Shown in pieces: positions 44,905 to 53,515 of a stretch of DNA of 53,515 bases (position 1 is the first letter of the stretch; every line of letters begins with the position of its first letter). Source of the stretch: Blastocatellia bacterium (GTDB lineage: Bacteria > Acidobacteriota > Blastocatellia > UBA7656); NCBI GenBank assembly GCA_035558335.1, contig DATMCM010000399.1, positions 1 to 53,515 on the forward strand, read 5' to 3'. The position numbers and the translations under genes were made by a program. The notes beneath the pieces are model-generated. The model made no database searches. It was given only the letters and a program-made list of their open reading frames with translations, and was not told where the DNA came from.

Positions 44905-46623
44905 TCAATTCTCACTAAAGCGCTTCAGCAACCGAATCTTTCCAATCGAAAACTCCTCACAGAAGTTGAGTTCAAGGTCCCGATTCAGAGCGGCATTCGC
45001 ACGAAAACGCTCATCCAGCGGATCACCTTCCTCGATTATGACCGTGAGAACATCGGCGGGAATGGTCTCGCCAATCTGATGCCAGCGCTCAGTTCCTTCG
45101 TGAATGAGCTCCCTAAATCGCAACCCGCCCGCCGATACAAGCGGACCCAGCGCGCCGGTGTTCATCAGCGTCACTCCGCGCGGCGGCTGCGATTTCAGAA
45201 AAGCCGAAACCCTGGCCAACTCACGCGCGGGCCGCGCGTTGACCCCATTCCTAAAGCTTTCCTGGTAGATCGCAAGCTGAGAAGGTCCCTCTGAGATCAG
45301 ATAACAGTACTGGGCCGCCACGATCAGGCAAACCGTCGCCGCTGACCAACGCCGCGCTGTCCCGGATGCAATCAAACTGGCAGCAGGCGCAAACAGCGCG
45401 ATCGCCGGCAGGTGAAGCAGACCATAACGAACGTTGTGCAGACCGAACGCGCTCAACGGAAAGATTTGAATCTCTCCGCGATAGAGACTCGCGGCGTGAA
45501 AGAAGAACGGCACAAGCAATAAGATCATTGGCGCCCACTGAGCAAAGCATCGGCGCCGTGCCGCGACAGTTCTTGTCAAACCGGCGATTCCCAGCAGCAA
45601 AACCAATGGCCCGGCGCATACAGCCGCGGCGGTCAGAATCGTCACCAGGTCCAGCCCTGCGTGACCGACAAATATCCTGGACCATCCAAGGTTCGCGCGG
45701 TTCTGAAGATAAATACCACGCGCTGAGTTTGGACCCGTCAGGAATTCGAGCGCGTTGCCGTAGATCGCCCAGTTGTGCCAGAGCCAGTAAAGCGGACCCG
45801 TTGCGACGATCGCGGTGAAGAGTGACGCTGTACAGGCTCTCGACTTGAAGTCACCGCGTGAAGCAAACGCGACTATCGGAATAGCCAGCGCCGCAACCGG
45901 CCAGGCTTCATAGCGCGAAAGCGTCGCTGCCGACATCGCCGCCGCCGCGAAAACCACTCGACCGCTCGCTTGATGCTCGTTCCACCTCTGCAACAAACAG
46001 ATCGCCGCCAGCAGCGCTGCCATGAAAACCGTTTCAGTCATCGGCGTCGCTTGCATAAACAGAGCGCTCGGGTTTAGTACAAAGATCGCGACTGCGATCG
46101 CGGCAAGGATTCTGGAGCGGCTGTTTTCCTTTCCATAAAAACTCCACGCGAGCGAGTACAGCGACACCGCGGCAATTACGAATGAGATCATCGAGATCAC
46201 GCTCCCGGCCACACCCGTTCTCCACATCCAATCGTTGCTTACCAGCGGCAACATCATCACCGTTTGCAGCGGCAACCACGGTGAGCCGATCTGAACGTAG
46301 CGTTGCCAAAGCGAGTCGTCCGGCGAGTCGACAACCTTGCGCGCGATGTTGACGTGCGCAACGCCGTCGCCATAGTGATTAGTCTTGTCCTGAGTGAAGA
46401 AATAGAGAAATGCACCGAGCGAAAGGAATGCAGCGATGCCGGCTACGAGAAGCCAACTGCGATCCTGTTTGGGTAGCACTCCGTGCTCATCCCGCAAGTC
46501 GTCCGTCACAGAGGACCTGCACGGCTGCCGGCTCTCACAAGTGCTTTCTTGTTGTGTTTGAATCACTTTATCCAGGAGGACCAGCAGCGGGTTTGCCGCT
46601 CGCGCGACGTTCAGCTTCTTCAA
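44905..46623 (-). CDS. polytopic membrane protein, GT-C-like (ArnT/PMT-type) putative glycosyltransferase
   Basis: 572-aa ORF (TTG start in the track) with more than 10 hydrophobic helices. The first-loop motif [15 protein letters not shown] resembles the acidic loop of GT-C enzymes. There is a soluble C-terminal ~120 aa. The start is uncertain because the ORF overlaps the DAHP synthase gene by 56 nt; GTG 46566 is an alternative. Confidence 0.5.
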   Translation of the reverse strand: MKKLNVARAANPLLVLLDKVIQTQQESTCESRQPCRSSVTDDLRDEHGVLPKQDRSWLLVAGIAAFLSLGAFLYFFTQDKTNHYGDGVAHVNIARKVVDSPDDSLWQRYVQIGSPWLPLQTVMMLPLVSNDWMWRTGVAGSVISMISFVIAAVSLYSLAWSFYGKENSRSRILAAIAVAIFVLNPSALFMQATPMTETVFMAALLAAICLLQRWNEHQASGRVVFAAAAMSAATLSRYEAWPVAALAIPIVAFASRGDFKSRACTASLFTAIVATGPLYWLWHNWAIYGNALEFLTGPNSARGIYLQNRANLGWSRIFVGHAGLDLVTILTAAAVCAGPLVLLLGIAGLTRTVAARRRCFAQWAPMILLLVPFFFHAASLYRGEIQIFPLSAFGLHNVRYGLLHLPAIALFAPAASLIASGTARRWSAATVCLIVAAQYCYLISEGPSQLAIYQESFRNGVNARPARELARVSAFLKSQPPRGVTLMNTGALGPLVSAGGLRFRELIHEGTERWHQIGETIPADVLTVIIEEGDPLDERFRANAALNRDLELNFCEEFSIGKIRLLKRFSEN

Positions 46624-47620
46624 TTACTCGATGAATCGCGTGTACCTCTTCGACAAGCTGTTTGAACATCTCGGGCAATAACGCTTGCGGGCCGTCGGAA
46701 AGCGCCCGTTCCGGATGGTTGTGAACTTCGACCATGATCCCGTCGGCGCCGGCAGCTATGGAAGCGCGCGCCAGCGGTATCACTTTGTGACGCTTGCCAG
46801 TGCCATGCGAGGGATCGACGATGATCGGAAGATGCGAGCGATTCTGTACGGCAGGGATGATCGATAGGTCGAGCGTGTTCCTCGAGTGATCCGCAAAAGT
46901 GCGAACGCCTCGCTCGCAAAGGATCACGTTGTAGTTGCCCTCCGCCATTATGTACTCGGCGGCCAGCAGAAACTCGTCGAGCGTTGCCGACATCCCGCGC
47001 TTTAGCATCACCGGCTTGCGAGCCTGGCCGACCCTTCGCAACAACGAGAAGTTTTGCATGTTTCGCGCGCCCACTTGCATCACATCGGCGTACCGTTCGA
47101 CAAGGTCCGCAGTTTCGGTATCCAGCACTTCGGTTACTATGCTGAGACCAAACTGATCCCGAGCTTCAGCGAGGATCTTTAATCCCTCTTCGGCAAGCCC
47201 TTGAAACGCATAAGGCGAAGTCCGAGGCTTGAACGCACCCCCGCGAAAAAGCTTCACTCCGGTTGAGGCTACAATCTCGGCGATCTCCATCGTTTGTTGA
47301 AGCGATTCAACGGCGCATGGCCCTGCGATGATCGCAGGCTGCGCGCCACCGATTTCAACGTCGCCGACACGCACGATTGTGTCGTCGTGTTTGAGGTCAC
47401 GTCCCACGAGCTTGTATGGCTTCGACACCCGGATGGCTTCGGCAACGCCGGGCAGGTTTTCGAAGTGAGCCGGATCGATAGCACCTTGATTCCCGGTTAT
47501 GCCGATGGCCGTTCGAGTCGCCCCTGGCATCGGGTGTGGCTTGAATCCAAGCTCGCGAATGATTTCCAGAACCGCTTCCACCTGAGCATCGGTGGCTTCG
47601 GATTTCATCACGATTAACAT
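46568..47620 (-). CDS. 3-deoxy-7-phosphoheptulonate (DAHP) synthase, type I-beta with N-terminal ferredoxin-like regulatory domain
   Basis: 350-aa ORF. The N-terminal [26 protein letters not shown] domain is followed by [12 protein letters not shown], and [24 protein letters not shown] is also present. Confidence 0.9.
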   Translation of the reverse strand: MLIVMKSEATDAQVEAVLEIIRELGFKPHPMPGATRTAIGITGNQGAIDPAHFENLPGVAEAIRVSKPYKLVGRDLKHDDTIVRVGDVEIGGAQPAIIAGPCAVESLQQTMEIAEIVASTGVKLFRGGAFKPRTSPYAFQGLAEEGLKILAEARDQFGLSIVTEVLDTETADLVERYADVMQVGARNMQNFSLLRRVGQARKPVMLKRGMSATLDEFLLAAEYIMAEGNYNVILCERGVRTFADHSRNTLDLSIIPAVQNRSHLPIIVDPSHGTGKRHKVIPLARASIAAGADGIMVEVHNHPERALSDGPQALLPEMFKQLVEEVHAIHRVIEEAERRASGKPAAGPPG

Positions 47621-47745
47621 CGATTAGCTCCAACGTACCTGTCGATTCTCTCGGCCGGTCTGTGCGTCTCTGTGTCGCGGCGGTTAGATGGGATCACCCA
47701 CTTCGCTCACCGCGGAGTCGCCGAGACGCTGAGAGCTGCTCAGTG

Positions 47746-49731
47746 TCACATCCGCTCCGGAGCTTCAATTCCCAACACGTCGAGCGCTGCAATCAATTGC
47801 CGGCGAACTATCGAAGTGATCGCGACCAGCAATGCCCGGCGAGCCGGGTCCGGCTCAGAAAGGATGTGATAGTTGTGATAGAACAAGTTGAACCGCTGCG
47901 CGATCTGGAACGCCCACTTCGCAATGACTGCCGGCTCGAGCGCCGCTACTGCGGATCGCAACGTGTCCGGCAATCGCGCCGCAAGATAAACCAGCGCCCA
48001 CAGATCATCACCCCCTTCACCGGCAAACAACTCGGCAATCCGCTCGCGCGAGACCGTTGCGAGATCAAGTGAGCCGGTTTCAATACCCGCATCGGCGAGC
48101 TTGCGAAAGATCGAGTTAGCTCGCACCACCGAGTACTGGATGTACGGGCCGGTCTCACCCTCAAACGCAAGCGCCTCCTTGAAGTCAAACGATATGATCG
48201 AATTGCGCGTAAACTTCATCAAAAAGTACCGTAGCGCGCCGACTGCGATCTTGTGCGCAGTTTCGTTTTGCTCCGCGTCGTTCAATTCCGGATGCCGGTT
48301 CGCAACTTCGGCCAGCGCGTTAGCCTCGAGCACATCGATCAAGTCGTCGATCTTGACGCCGAGCCCTTTTCGACCTGACATTCCGATCGCGCCACGCTTC
48401 CGGTCCTCTTCTGAAAGCCGCTGCCCCAGCTGCTCGACAGCAGCCGGCGTGAGCGCGACTTTCTCATAAGCCAGATGCGCGCTGCGCTCGACTCGCTGGT
48501 CGTGATCGACCGCCATCACACCGAGCTTGACGTAATGTTGCGGGTAAGACTGGCCGATGTCGATCACGTTGAAGTAAGCGGCACCGCTTCCAAACTTCGG
48601 ATGACCCGGATCGTTTTCGCTCGGGTCTGTCGTTGTGACCCACGCGACGTGTCCGTTCGAATAGTTGTAGAAGTGCTTGTAATAAAAGTCTATATCGAGC
48701 TGACCGAGTTTCCACAGGTGAAAAGCGATGTCCTTGCCGGTATACGTTACGATGCCGTTCGAGCGCACGATGACTTTGTCCGCTTCGTGTTCGCTCTCCT
48801 CATCACTCGCATCTTCTTCCTCTGCGGCGCGCATCACCCAACACCCTGCGAGCCGTCCAGAAGTTGCAAGCTCGATCGCCCCTCGATCTTGGAGCAGGTT
48901 GAAAGCCCTCTCCCAGATGTTCAGATGAAGCACGTCCGACTCGCGCGGAAGCACGTCGTACTTGATTCCCACGCGCAGCATCGTCTCCAGATGGCAGCCC
49001 AGCACCCGCCGCGAGATATAGTCAGCCATTTCGTACGTCTGGCCCTCGCCCCTCTCAAGCTCGTGCAGCGTGTCGGTGCGAAGCTGGAGCCGCGACTTGT
49101 CTTCTTCGTAGAACTGCCCAACTTGCGCATACAGATCCCAGCAGTAGTAATCGAACTTCTCCTCGATTGCTTTGATCTGATCGAGCAGCTTGTTTTCGAT
49201 GTGCTTGAAACCTACGACCACGTCGGCGACTTGCACACCGGTATTGTCGATGTAGTTCTGCACTTCGACCGTCTCGCCGACGGCGCGCAGCATTCTGACT
49301 GTCGTGTCTCCGAGCACCGCGTTGCGCAGATGGCCGATGTGCGCGGCTTTGTTTGGGTTGACCGAGGTGTGTTCTACGATCAGCTTGCCGCCGAGTTGTG
49401 CCGTAATCGGCTCAGATTCGCGAGCGGCATTCATCAAGTATCCGGCGCGATCGAGGTAGACGTTCACGTAACCCGCGCCTGCAACCTCGACGCGCGCAAT
49501 GCCTTCGCTTGAGCGAATCTCTTCGGCCAGGCGAGTCGCGATCTCTCGCGGGTTCTGTTTTTGACCGGTCGCGGCTTTCAATCTCTTCGCCAGTTCAAAC
49601 GCGACAGGAAAAGCCAAATCTCCGAGCTCAGTTCGAGGCGGCACCTCGACGGCGATCTCGGTGAGATCGATGTCAAACAGTTTGTTGATTGCGGCGCGGA
49701 CCTTCTCGCGCGTCGCTTCTTGAATCGTCAT
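47746..49731 (-). CDS. argS: arginine--tRNA ligase
   Basis: ORF 47746..49752 (TTG). ATG 49731 gives MTIQEATREKVRAAI, the usual ArgS N-terminus. HIGH motif NPNKAAHIGHLRNAVLGD, MSGRKG (MSTRxG-type) motif, and a DALR anticodon-binding domain (GPYIQYSVVRANSI). Confidence 0.93.
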   Translation of the reverse strand: MTIQEATREKVRAAINKLFDIDLTEIAVEVPPRTELGDLAFPVAFELAKRLKAATGQKQNPREIATRLAEEIRSSEGIARVEVAGAGYVNVYLDRAGYLMNAARESEPITAQLGGKLIVEHTSVNPNKAAHIGHLRNAVLGDTTVRMLRAVGETVEVQNYIDNTGVQVADVVVGFKHIENKLLDQIKAIEEKFDYYCWDLYAQVGQFYEEDKSRLQLRTDTLHELERGEGQTYEMADYISRRVLGCHLETMLRVGIKYDVLPRESDVLHLNIWERAFNLLQDRGAIELATSGRLAGCWVMRAAEEEDASDEESEHEADKVIVRSNGIVTYTGKDIAFHLWKLGQLDIDFYYKHFYNYSNGHVAWVTTTDPSENDPGHPKFGSGAAYFNVIDIGQSYPQHYVKLGVMAVDHDQRVERSAHLAYEKVALTPAAVEQLGQRLSEEDRKRGAIGMSGRKGLGVKIDDLIDVLEANALAEVANRHPELNDAEQNETAHKIAVGALRYFLMKFTRNSIISFDFKEALAFEGETGPYIQYSVVRANSIFRKLADAGIETGSLDLATVSRERIAELFAGEGGDDLWALVYLAARLPDTLRSAVAALEPAVIAKWAFQIAQRFNLFYHNYHILSEPDPARRALLVAITSIVRRQLIAALDVLGIEAPERM

Positions 49732-49820
49732 ACCAGATATTGGCCCCTGCAATGAAACCCTTGTTTTCGGTGAGTGATCGAGGCGAGAAGCATATCAGTC
49801 GGGACGCATATTCCGAATAC

Positions 49821-50294
49821 CTATAACAACCGAAGAATCGTGAAGCCTTCAGCCTCCGCTGCATCCAGCAGCCCAGCGTCGGCTCCCACGAACACTCTCG
49901 CGCGGGTGCGATTCGAGCACCAAACAAGTGCTGCCGACAATTGAAGCGCATCGGCTGCCCTTAACCGATGTACCGCAAGCAGGCGCTCAGCGCGCTGGCG
50001 GACTTCTTCAGTCGGCTGGATTTCGTTCCACCGGCTCCGAAGATATTCGAGCCTGCGCAACGCCCGGTTTCTTGCTGCCGGCGTTAGGTCGCCATCGCGT
50101 GCCAATCGGTGAAGGGAACTGATCGCTTCCACGATCGTTCCCCACCATACCACTTGGCGCGAGTACACTCGGGCTGTCTGCTGCGACCTTGTCGTCTGGG
50201 CTTGAAAGCAACACAACGGCACGATGCCGCTTGTGTCCCAGAATGCCGTGAGCACTTCTGATGATTGAACCTTCCTCCGCGGCTTAGTTTTCAT
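49821..50294 (-). CDS. vapC: type II toxin, PIN-domain VapC family
   Basis: 157-aa ORF with conserved acidic residues in FWDTSGIVPL and LRAADALQLSAAL. It overlaps the upstream antitoxin gene by 11 nt. Confidence 0.8.
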   Translation of the reverse strand: MKTKPRRKVQSSEVLTAFWDTSGIVPLCCFQAQTTRSQQTARVYSRQVVWWGTIVEAISSLHRLARDGDLTPAARNRALRRLEYLRSRWNEIQPTEEVRQRAERLLAVHRLRAADALQLSAALVWCSNRTRARVFVGADAGLLDAAEAEGFTILRLL

Positions 50295-50571
50295 CCCTTT
50301 CCTCTTTCACAACTCGGCGCATAATAGTTGGCGAAATGCGCGGAGCCGGCGTGCTCCAGAAAGAGTCTTCTATTGCGCCCGCGCCAAGGTGAACCTTTCC
50401 TTTAGCGGCCAACGCCAGGAGCTCATCGTCCAGATGCGACCCATGGGTCAGCGGTACTATCCGAGCGATTGGCGCGTCGCGGTCCCGGACTAGAATCTCT
50501 CCGCCCGCTTTCACCTCTTTCAGATAGCGGCTAAGCTGGTTCTTGAGCTCGGCAATGTTGACGCTTTTCAT
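50284..50571 (-). CDS. type II antitoxin, Phd/YefM (prevent-host-death) family
   Basis: 95-aa ORF. MKSVNIAELKNQLSRYLKEVKAGGEILVRDRDAPIARIVPL is a typical Phd/YefM N-terminus. Confidence 0.8.
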   Translation of the reverse strand: MKSVNIAELKNQLSRYLKEVKAGGEILVRDRDAPIARIVPLTHGSHLDDELLALAAKGKVHLGAGAIEDSFWSTPAPRISPTIMRRVVKEERDEN

Positions 50572-50609
50572 AGTGGTTTTCTTTGAGCCTTTCTTTATGT
50601 GCTAATGTG

Positions 50610-50643
50610 GACAACAGCCGATAGCCATCATAGCTATGTTGTC
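50610..50643. promoter_or_regulatory. nested palindrome overlapping a minus-strand promoter; candidate antitoxin operator
   Basis: GACAACA-gccg-ATAGC-catcata-GCTAT-g-TGTTGTC. The minus strand reads TTGTTC - 17 nt - TATGAT across it, about 40-70 nt upstream of the antitoxin ATG. Confidence 0.5.
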
Positions 50644-50729
50644 GATCGTGAACAAGCCATGATCAATGCGATTGCTTGACTTCGCGGTTCGCTGCTCGAT
50701 AGCATCTCCGATTTGCCGAGGGGTTCCGC

Positions 50730-51488
50730 TTGTCAACAGTACTCACTCAAGTCACGGACGAACTGATCAAACTCTTTGACGGGGCGAGACGCGTTGCGGT
50801 GCTTACCGGCGCGGGGATTTCGGCAGAGAGCGGTGTGCCGACCTTTCGCGGAGGAGGCGATACCGATATCTGGATCTGGCGGGGAAGGCCGGTCACCGAA
50901 TTGTCGTCCGCGGAACTAATCGCGACCGATCCCAGGCTGGTGTGGGAGTGGTTTGACTATCGGCGAGGCATGCTCACGGAGGTTATGCCCAACCCGGGTC
51001 ACTTCGCGCTGGCTCAGTGGGAGAGAAGGTTCGAGGAGTTCACGCTAATAACTCAAAACATCGATGACTTGCACCGGGCCGCCGGGAGCTTGAACGTCCT
51101 CGAAGTTCACGGCAACATCTGGCGCGCGCGGTGTCTGCGATGCTCTAGCGTCTTCGAAGCGCGCGAGTGCCCACTCGAAGAGAACCCGCCTCGCTGTCTT
51201 GCCTGCGGTGGAGCCGCCCGCCCTGATGTCGTCTTGTTCGGCGAGCTGTTGCCGGAAGCAATCTTCGAGCGAGCCGAAGAAGCTGCCGGGCGCTGCGATC
51301 TGTTCTTTGTGATCGGAACAAGCGCGCTCGTCTATCCGGCGGCCGGGCTTCCGATCACTGCCAGACAAGCCGGTGCAAAGATCGTCGAGGTCAATCCAGA
51401 ACGCACTGACATCTCGTTGTTTGCGAACGTGACCCTCCTTGGCAAGGCGGGCGAGATACTTCCCCAGTTCTTGAAGGAGCGCGGGTGA
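50730..51488 (+). CDS. cobB: NAD-dependent protein deacylase (class III sirtuin, CobB-like)
   Basis: 252-aa ORF with a TTG start and GAGGGG 6 nt upstream. GAGISAESGVPTFRG, QNIDDLH, zinc ribbon CLRC...CLAC, and VIGTSALVYPAAG. Confidence 0.85.
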   Translation: MSTVLTQVTDELIKLFDGARRVAVLTGAGISAESGVPTFRGGGDTDIWIWRGRPVTELSSAELIATDPRLVWEWFDYRRGMLTEVMPNPGHFALAQWERRFEEFTLITQNIDDLHRAAGSLNVLEVHGNIWRARCLRCSSVFEARECPLEENPPRCLACGGAARPDVVLFGELLPEAIFERAEEAAGRCDLFFVIGTSALVYPAAGLPITARQAGAKIVEVNPERTDISLFANVTLLGKAGEILPQFLKERG

Positions 51489-52753
51489 TGCGGGTCCTGT
51501 ACTTCGACTGCTTCGCGGGGGTTAGCGGCGATATGATCATCGGCGCGCTGCTCGACCTGGGCGTCGACTTCGAATCGCTCAGCCGCCAACTGGAATCGCT
51601 GGGACTGACAGGCTACCAGATCAAGGTCGAACGAGTGATGCGAAGCGGCATCGCCGCGACGAAGTTTGCGGTCGAAGTCAACGAATCCGCTCAGCCCGAG
51701 CGCACGCTTCCGCAGATCGTCGCGATTATCGAGCGAGCTAGCTTGAGCGAGCAGGTCAAGCGGCGGGCTGCTCGCGCTTTCCAACTCCTCGCCGATGCCG
51801 AAGCCCTCGTCCACGGGAGTACCGTTGATCAGATCCATTTCCACGAAGTCGGCGCCGTCGATTCAATCATCGATACGGTAGGCGCGATGATTGCCTTAGA
51901 GATGTTGGGCGCGAGTGAATTCTGCGCCTCAGCTTTGCGAGTCGGACACGGTTTTGTTCCCAGCCAGCACGGCCGGCTTCCGATTCCCGCGCCCGCAACC
52001 GCGGAGTTGCTTCTGGGAGTGTCGGTCTACGCGGGCGACATCGAAGGCGAATTCGTCACGCCGACAGGCGCGGCTGTCTTGACGTCGTTGTGCGAGAAAT
52101 TCGGTGAGATGCCGGCGATGAGGCTCGATCGCGTCGGCTACGGCGCCGGGTCGCGTAATCCTGAGGGCTTTCCCAACGCGTTGAGATTGGTTTGGGGCGA
52201 AACAACTGAGCGGCCCGATGCGCAACGGTTGATTGTTGAACCAACGAGCCAGACGTTGGCGGAAGGAGAGACAGTCGTCGTAATTGAAACAAACATCGAC
52301 GACATGAACCCGCAAGCGTACGCATTCGTGATGGAACGAGCCTTCGCGCTTAATGCGCTTGACGTGTTTCTCGCTCCGGTTCAAATGAAGAAGGACAGAC
52401 CGGGAGTTCTGCTGACCGTCCTCGCGAAACCGGATGATGCCGAAGCCTTGATCGACCTGCTTTTGAAGGAGACTACGACTCTTGGCGTTCGCTATCATCA
52501 AGCAAAGCGTCGAACGCTGGGTCGAACGGTTGAATCAGTTGCGACTGAATACGGCGTGGTTCGCATCAAGGTAGCGCGCGACGGCGCCCGCACGCTACAC
52601 TTTCAGCCGGAGTATGAAGACTGCGCGCGGCTTGCGGGACAGGCTCGGGTCCCGTTTCTCGAAGTACACGATGCAGCTCGCGCAGCTTATCGAGAAAGAT
52701 TGAAGTCGAATTCGGGCGAGGCCGAATCGAATGGCGAACTCGAAACAAAATAA
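51488..52753 (+). CDS. larC: nickel-pincer cofactor biosynthesis protein LarC (DUF111 family), full-length fused form
   Basis: The ORF runs from 51485 (GTG) or 51488 (ATG). The ATG overlaps the cobB stop as [30 protein letters not shown] is the canonical LarC/DUF111 N-terminus. Confidence 0.85.
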   Translation: MRVLYFDCFAGVSGDMIIGALLDLGVDFESLSRQLESLGLTGYQIKVERVMRSGIAATKFAVEVNESAQPERTLPQIVAIIERASLSEQVKRRAARAFQLLADAEALVHGSTVDQIHFHEVGAVDSIIDTVGAMIALEMLGASEFCASALRVGHGFVPSQHGRLPIPAPATAELLLGVSVYAGDIEGEFVTPTGAAVLTSLCEKFGEMPAMRLDRVGYGAGSRNPEGFPNALRLVWGETTERPDAQRLIVEPTSQTLAEGETVVVIETNIDDMNPQAYAFVMERAFALNALDVFLAPVQMKKDRPGVLLTVLAKPDDAEALIDLLLKETTTLGVRYHQAKRRTLGRTVESVATEYGVVRIKVARDGARTLHFQPEYEDCARLAGQARVPFLEVHDAARAAYRERLKSNSGEAESNGELETK

Positions 52754-53345
52754 CAAGAGCGCCGGCGAAGGCACCAGCGTCGATCTGGAGAAGATCGAAG
52801 CGGGTGTGAAGCTGATCCTCGAAGGCATCGGCGAAGACCCGGCTCGCCCCGGCTTGCTCGGAACACCGCGCCGCGTTGCGCTGATGTACGAAGAGATCTG
52901 TGCCGGTTTGCATAACGACCCGCGTCAGTTTATTCACGTCATCCCGGCCGAAACGCACGACGAGATGGTGATCGTCAAAGACATTCCGCTGTACGGATTG
53001 TGCGAACATCATTTGCTGCCGTTCGTCGGAGTCGCGCACATCGCTTATATTCCGAAGGATGGACGGATAGTCGGCTTATCTAAACTGGCACGCGTGGCTG
53101 ACATGATGGCAAGGAAGCCCCAGATTCAGGAGCGATTGGCCACCGAGATCGCGGACCTGCTCGATAGAGAGTTGCGCCCGACCGGCGTTATGGTAGTCAT
53201 CGAAGCCAAACACCTCTGCATTGAGATGCGAGGAATCAAGAAGCCGGGCGCTAAAGCGGTAACCAGCGCGTTGCGAGGAGGCTTCTTGAAGGACCAACGC
53301 ACCCGCGCGGAAGCGATGGCGCTTATTCGAGATCACCACGAGTAG
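52731..53345 (+). CDS. folE: GTP cyclohydrolase I FolE
   Basis: 204-aa ORF with [26 protein letters not shown] and [14 protein letters not shown]. It overlaps the larC 3' end by 23 nt. Confidence 0.93.
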   Translation: MANSKQNNKSAGEGTSVDLEKIEAGVKLILEGIGEDPARPGLLGTPRRVALMYEEICAGLHNDPRQFIHVIPAETHDEMVIVKDIPLYGLCEHHLLPFVGVAHIAYIPKDGRIVGLSKLARVADMMARKPQIQERLATEIADLLDRELRPTGVMVVIEAKHLCIEMRGIKKPGAKAVTSALRGGFLKDQRTRAEAMALIRDHHE

Positions 53346-53388
53346 CTCGCGATTTACCGAGAGATCCACAGTGAGAGTTGAAGACGGA

Positions 53389-53413
53389 GAATTGAAAATT
53401 GAAATTGAAAATC
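53389..53413. repeat. tandem AATTGAA-type heptamer tract downstream of folE
   Basis: gAATTGAAAATTGAAATTGAAAATC. The unit resembles the right arm (AATTGGA/AATCGGA/AATCGAA) of the 36410-36494 element. Confidence 0.6.
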
Positions 53414-53515
53414 ACTACTGTCCGGTTAGATATCCCATAGATTCAACTGGTTAGTAGAATCAGTTCTTTGAAATGATTCGTCATAGCCGTCAAACAGGCT
53501 CAAGATGGGCGTTTT

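Noticed and set aside
48475-49512. 345-aa plus-strand ORF
   Set aside because: It lies entirely antisense to argS, which has unambiguous class I synthetase motifs. Its translation is Arg/Val/His-rich and motif-less, so it is a shadow ORF typical of GC-rich DNA.
50730-51488. Sir2-domain protein as an anti-phage effector (Thoeris/DSR/SIR2-HerA-like) next to a toxin-antitoxin pair
   Set aside because: At 252 aa it has the full canonical sirtuin motifs and a Zn ribbon. It has no fused sensor or effector domains and no HerA, TIR or pAgo partner. It is coupled to housekeeping-type genes, so it is most simply a CobB-type deacylase.

Overview
This is a gene-dense chromosomal segment of about 45 protein-coding genes from a moderately GC-rich Gram-negative bacterium. 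By inference only, the gene content suggests an Acidobacteriota-like soil organism: CarboxypepD_reg-type TonB receptor, DUF2723 GT-C enzyme, many exported amidohydrolases, and two sigma-54 activators. I found no rRNA, tRNA, CRISPR array, transposase, integrase or phage genes.

Gene order:
- A PilX-like pilus protein, convergent with a sigma-54 two-component pair.
- An operon of two secreted paralogs translationally coupled to a DUF2723 glycosyltransferase-like protein.
- A tandem USP.
- A TonB-dependent receptor with a strong promoter and a Fur-like box, downstream of a TPR-containing sigma-54 activator.
- Methyltransferase, flavoprotein and PDZ genes, then ftsY behind a long unexplained leader.
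- A long minus-strand gene string: CusRS-like two-component system, lipoprotein, Tat-SOD, beta-propeller, ChrB-domain protein, frameshifted beta-propeller, MFS, P450, DUF2238.
- Three tandem exported amidohydrolase-fold paralogs, of which only the middle one keeps the catalytic metal ligands.
- An ECF sigma/anti-sigma/DUF4097 module, an OmpA-like lipoprotein, and a GAF-GGDEF cyclase.
- A GT-C-like membrane protein, DAHP synthase, argS, a vapBC pair, and a translationally coupled cobB-larC-folE block.

No obvious defence or mobile system is present. The candidates most worth follow-up are:
- the pseudoenzyme-enzyme-pseudoenzyme amidohydrolase cluster;
- the secreted-paralog/DUF2723 operon;
- the ChrB-domain/SOD/propeller envelope-stress string;
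- the non-coding structures upstream of ftsY;
- a heptamer-based palindromic repeat family.

All family assignments come from motif recognition by eye and need HMM or BLAST confirmation.
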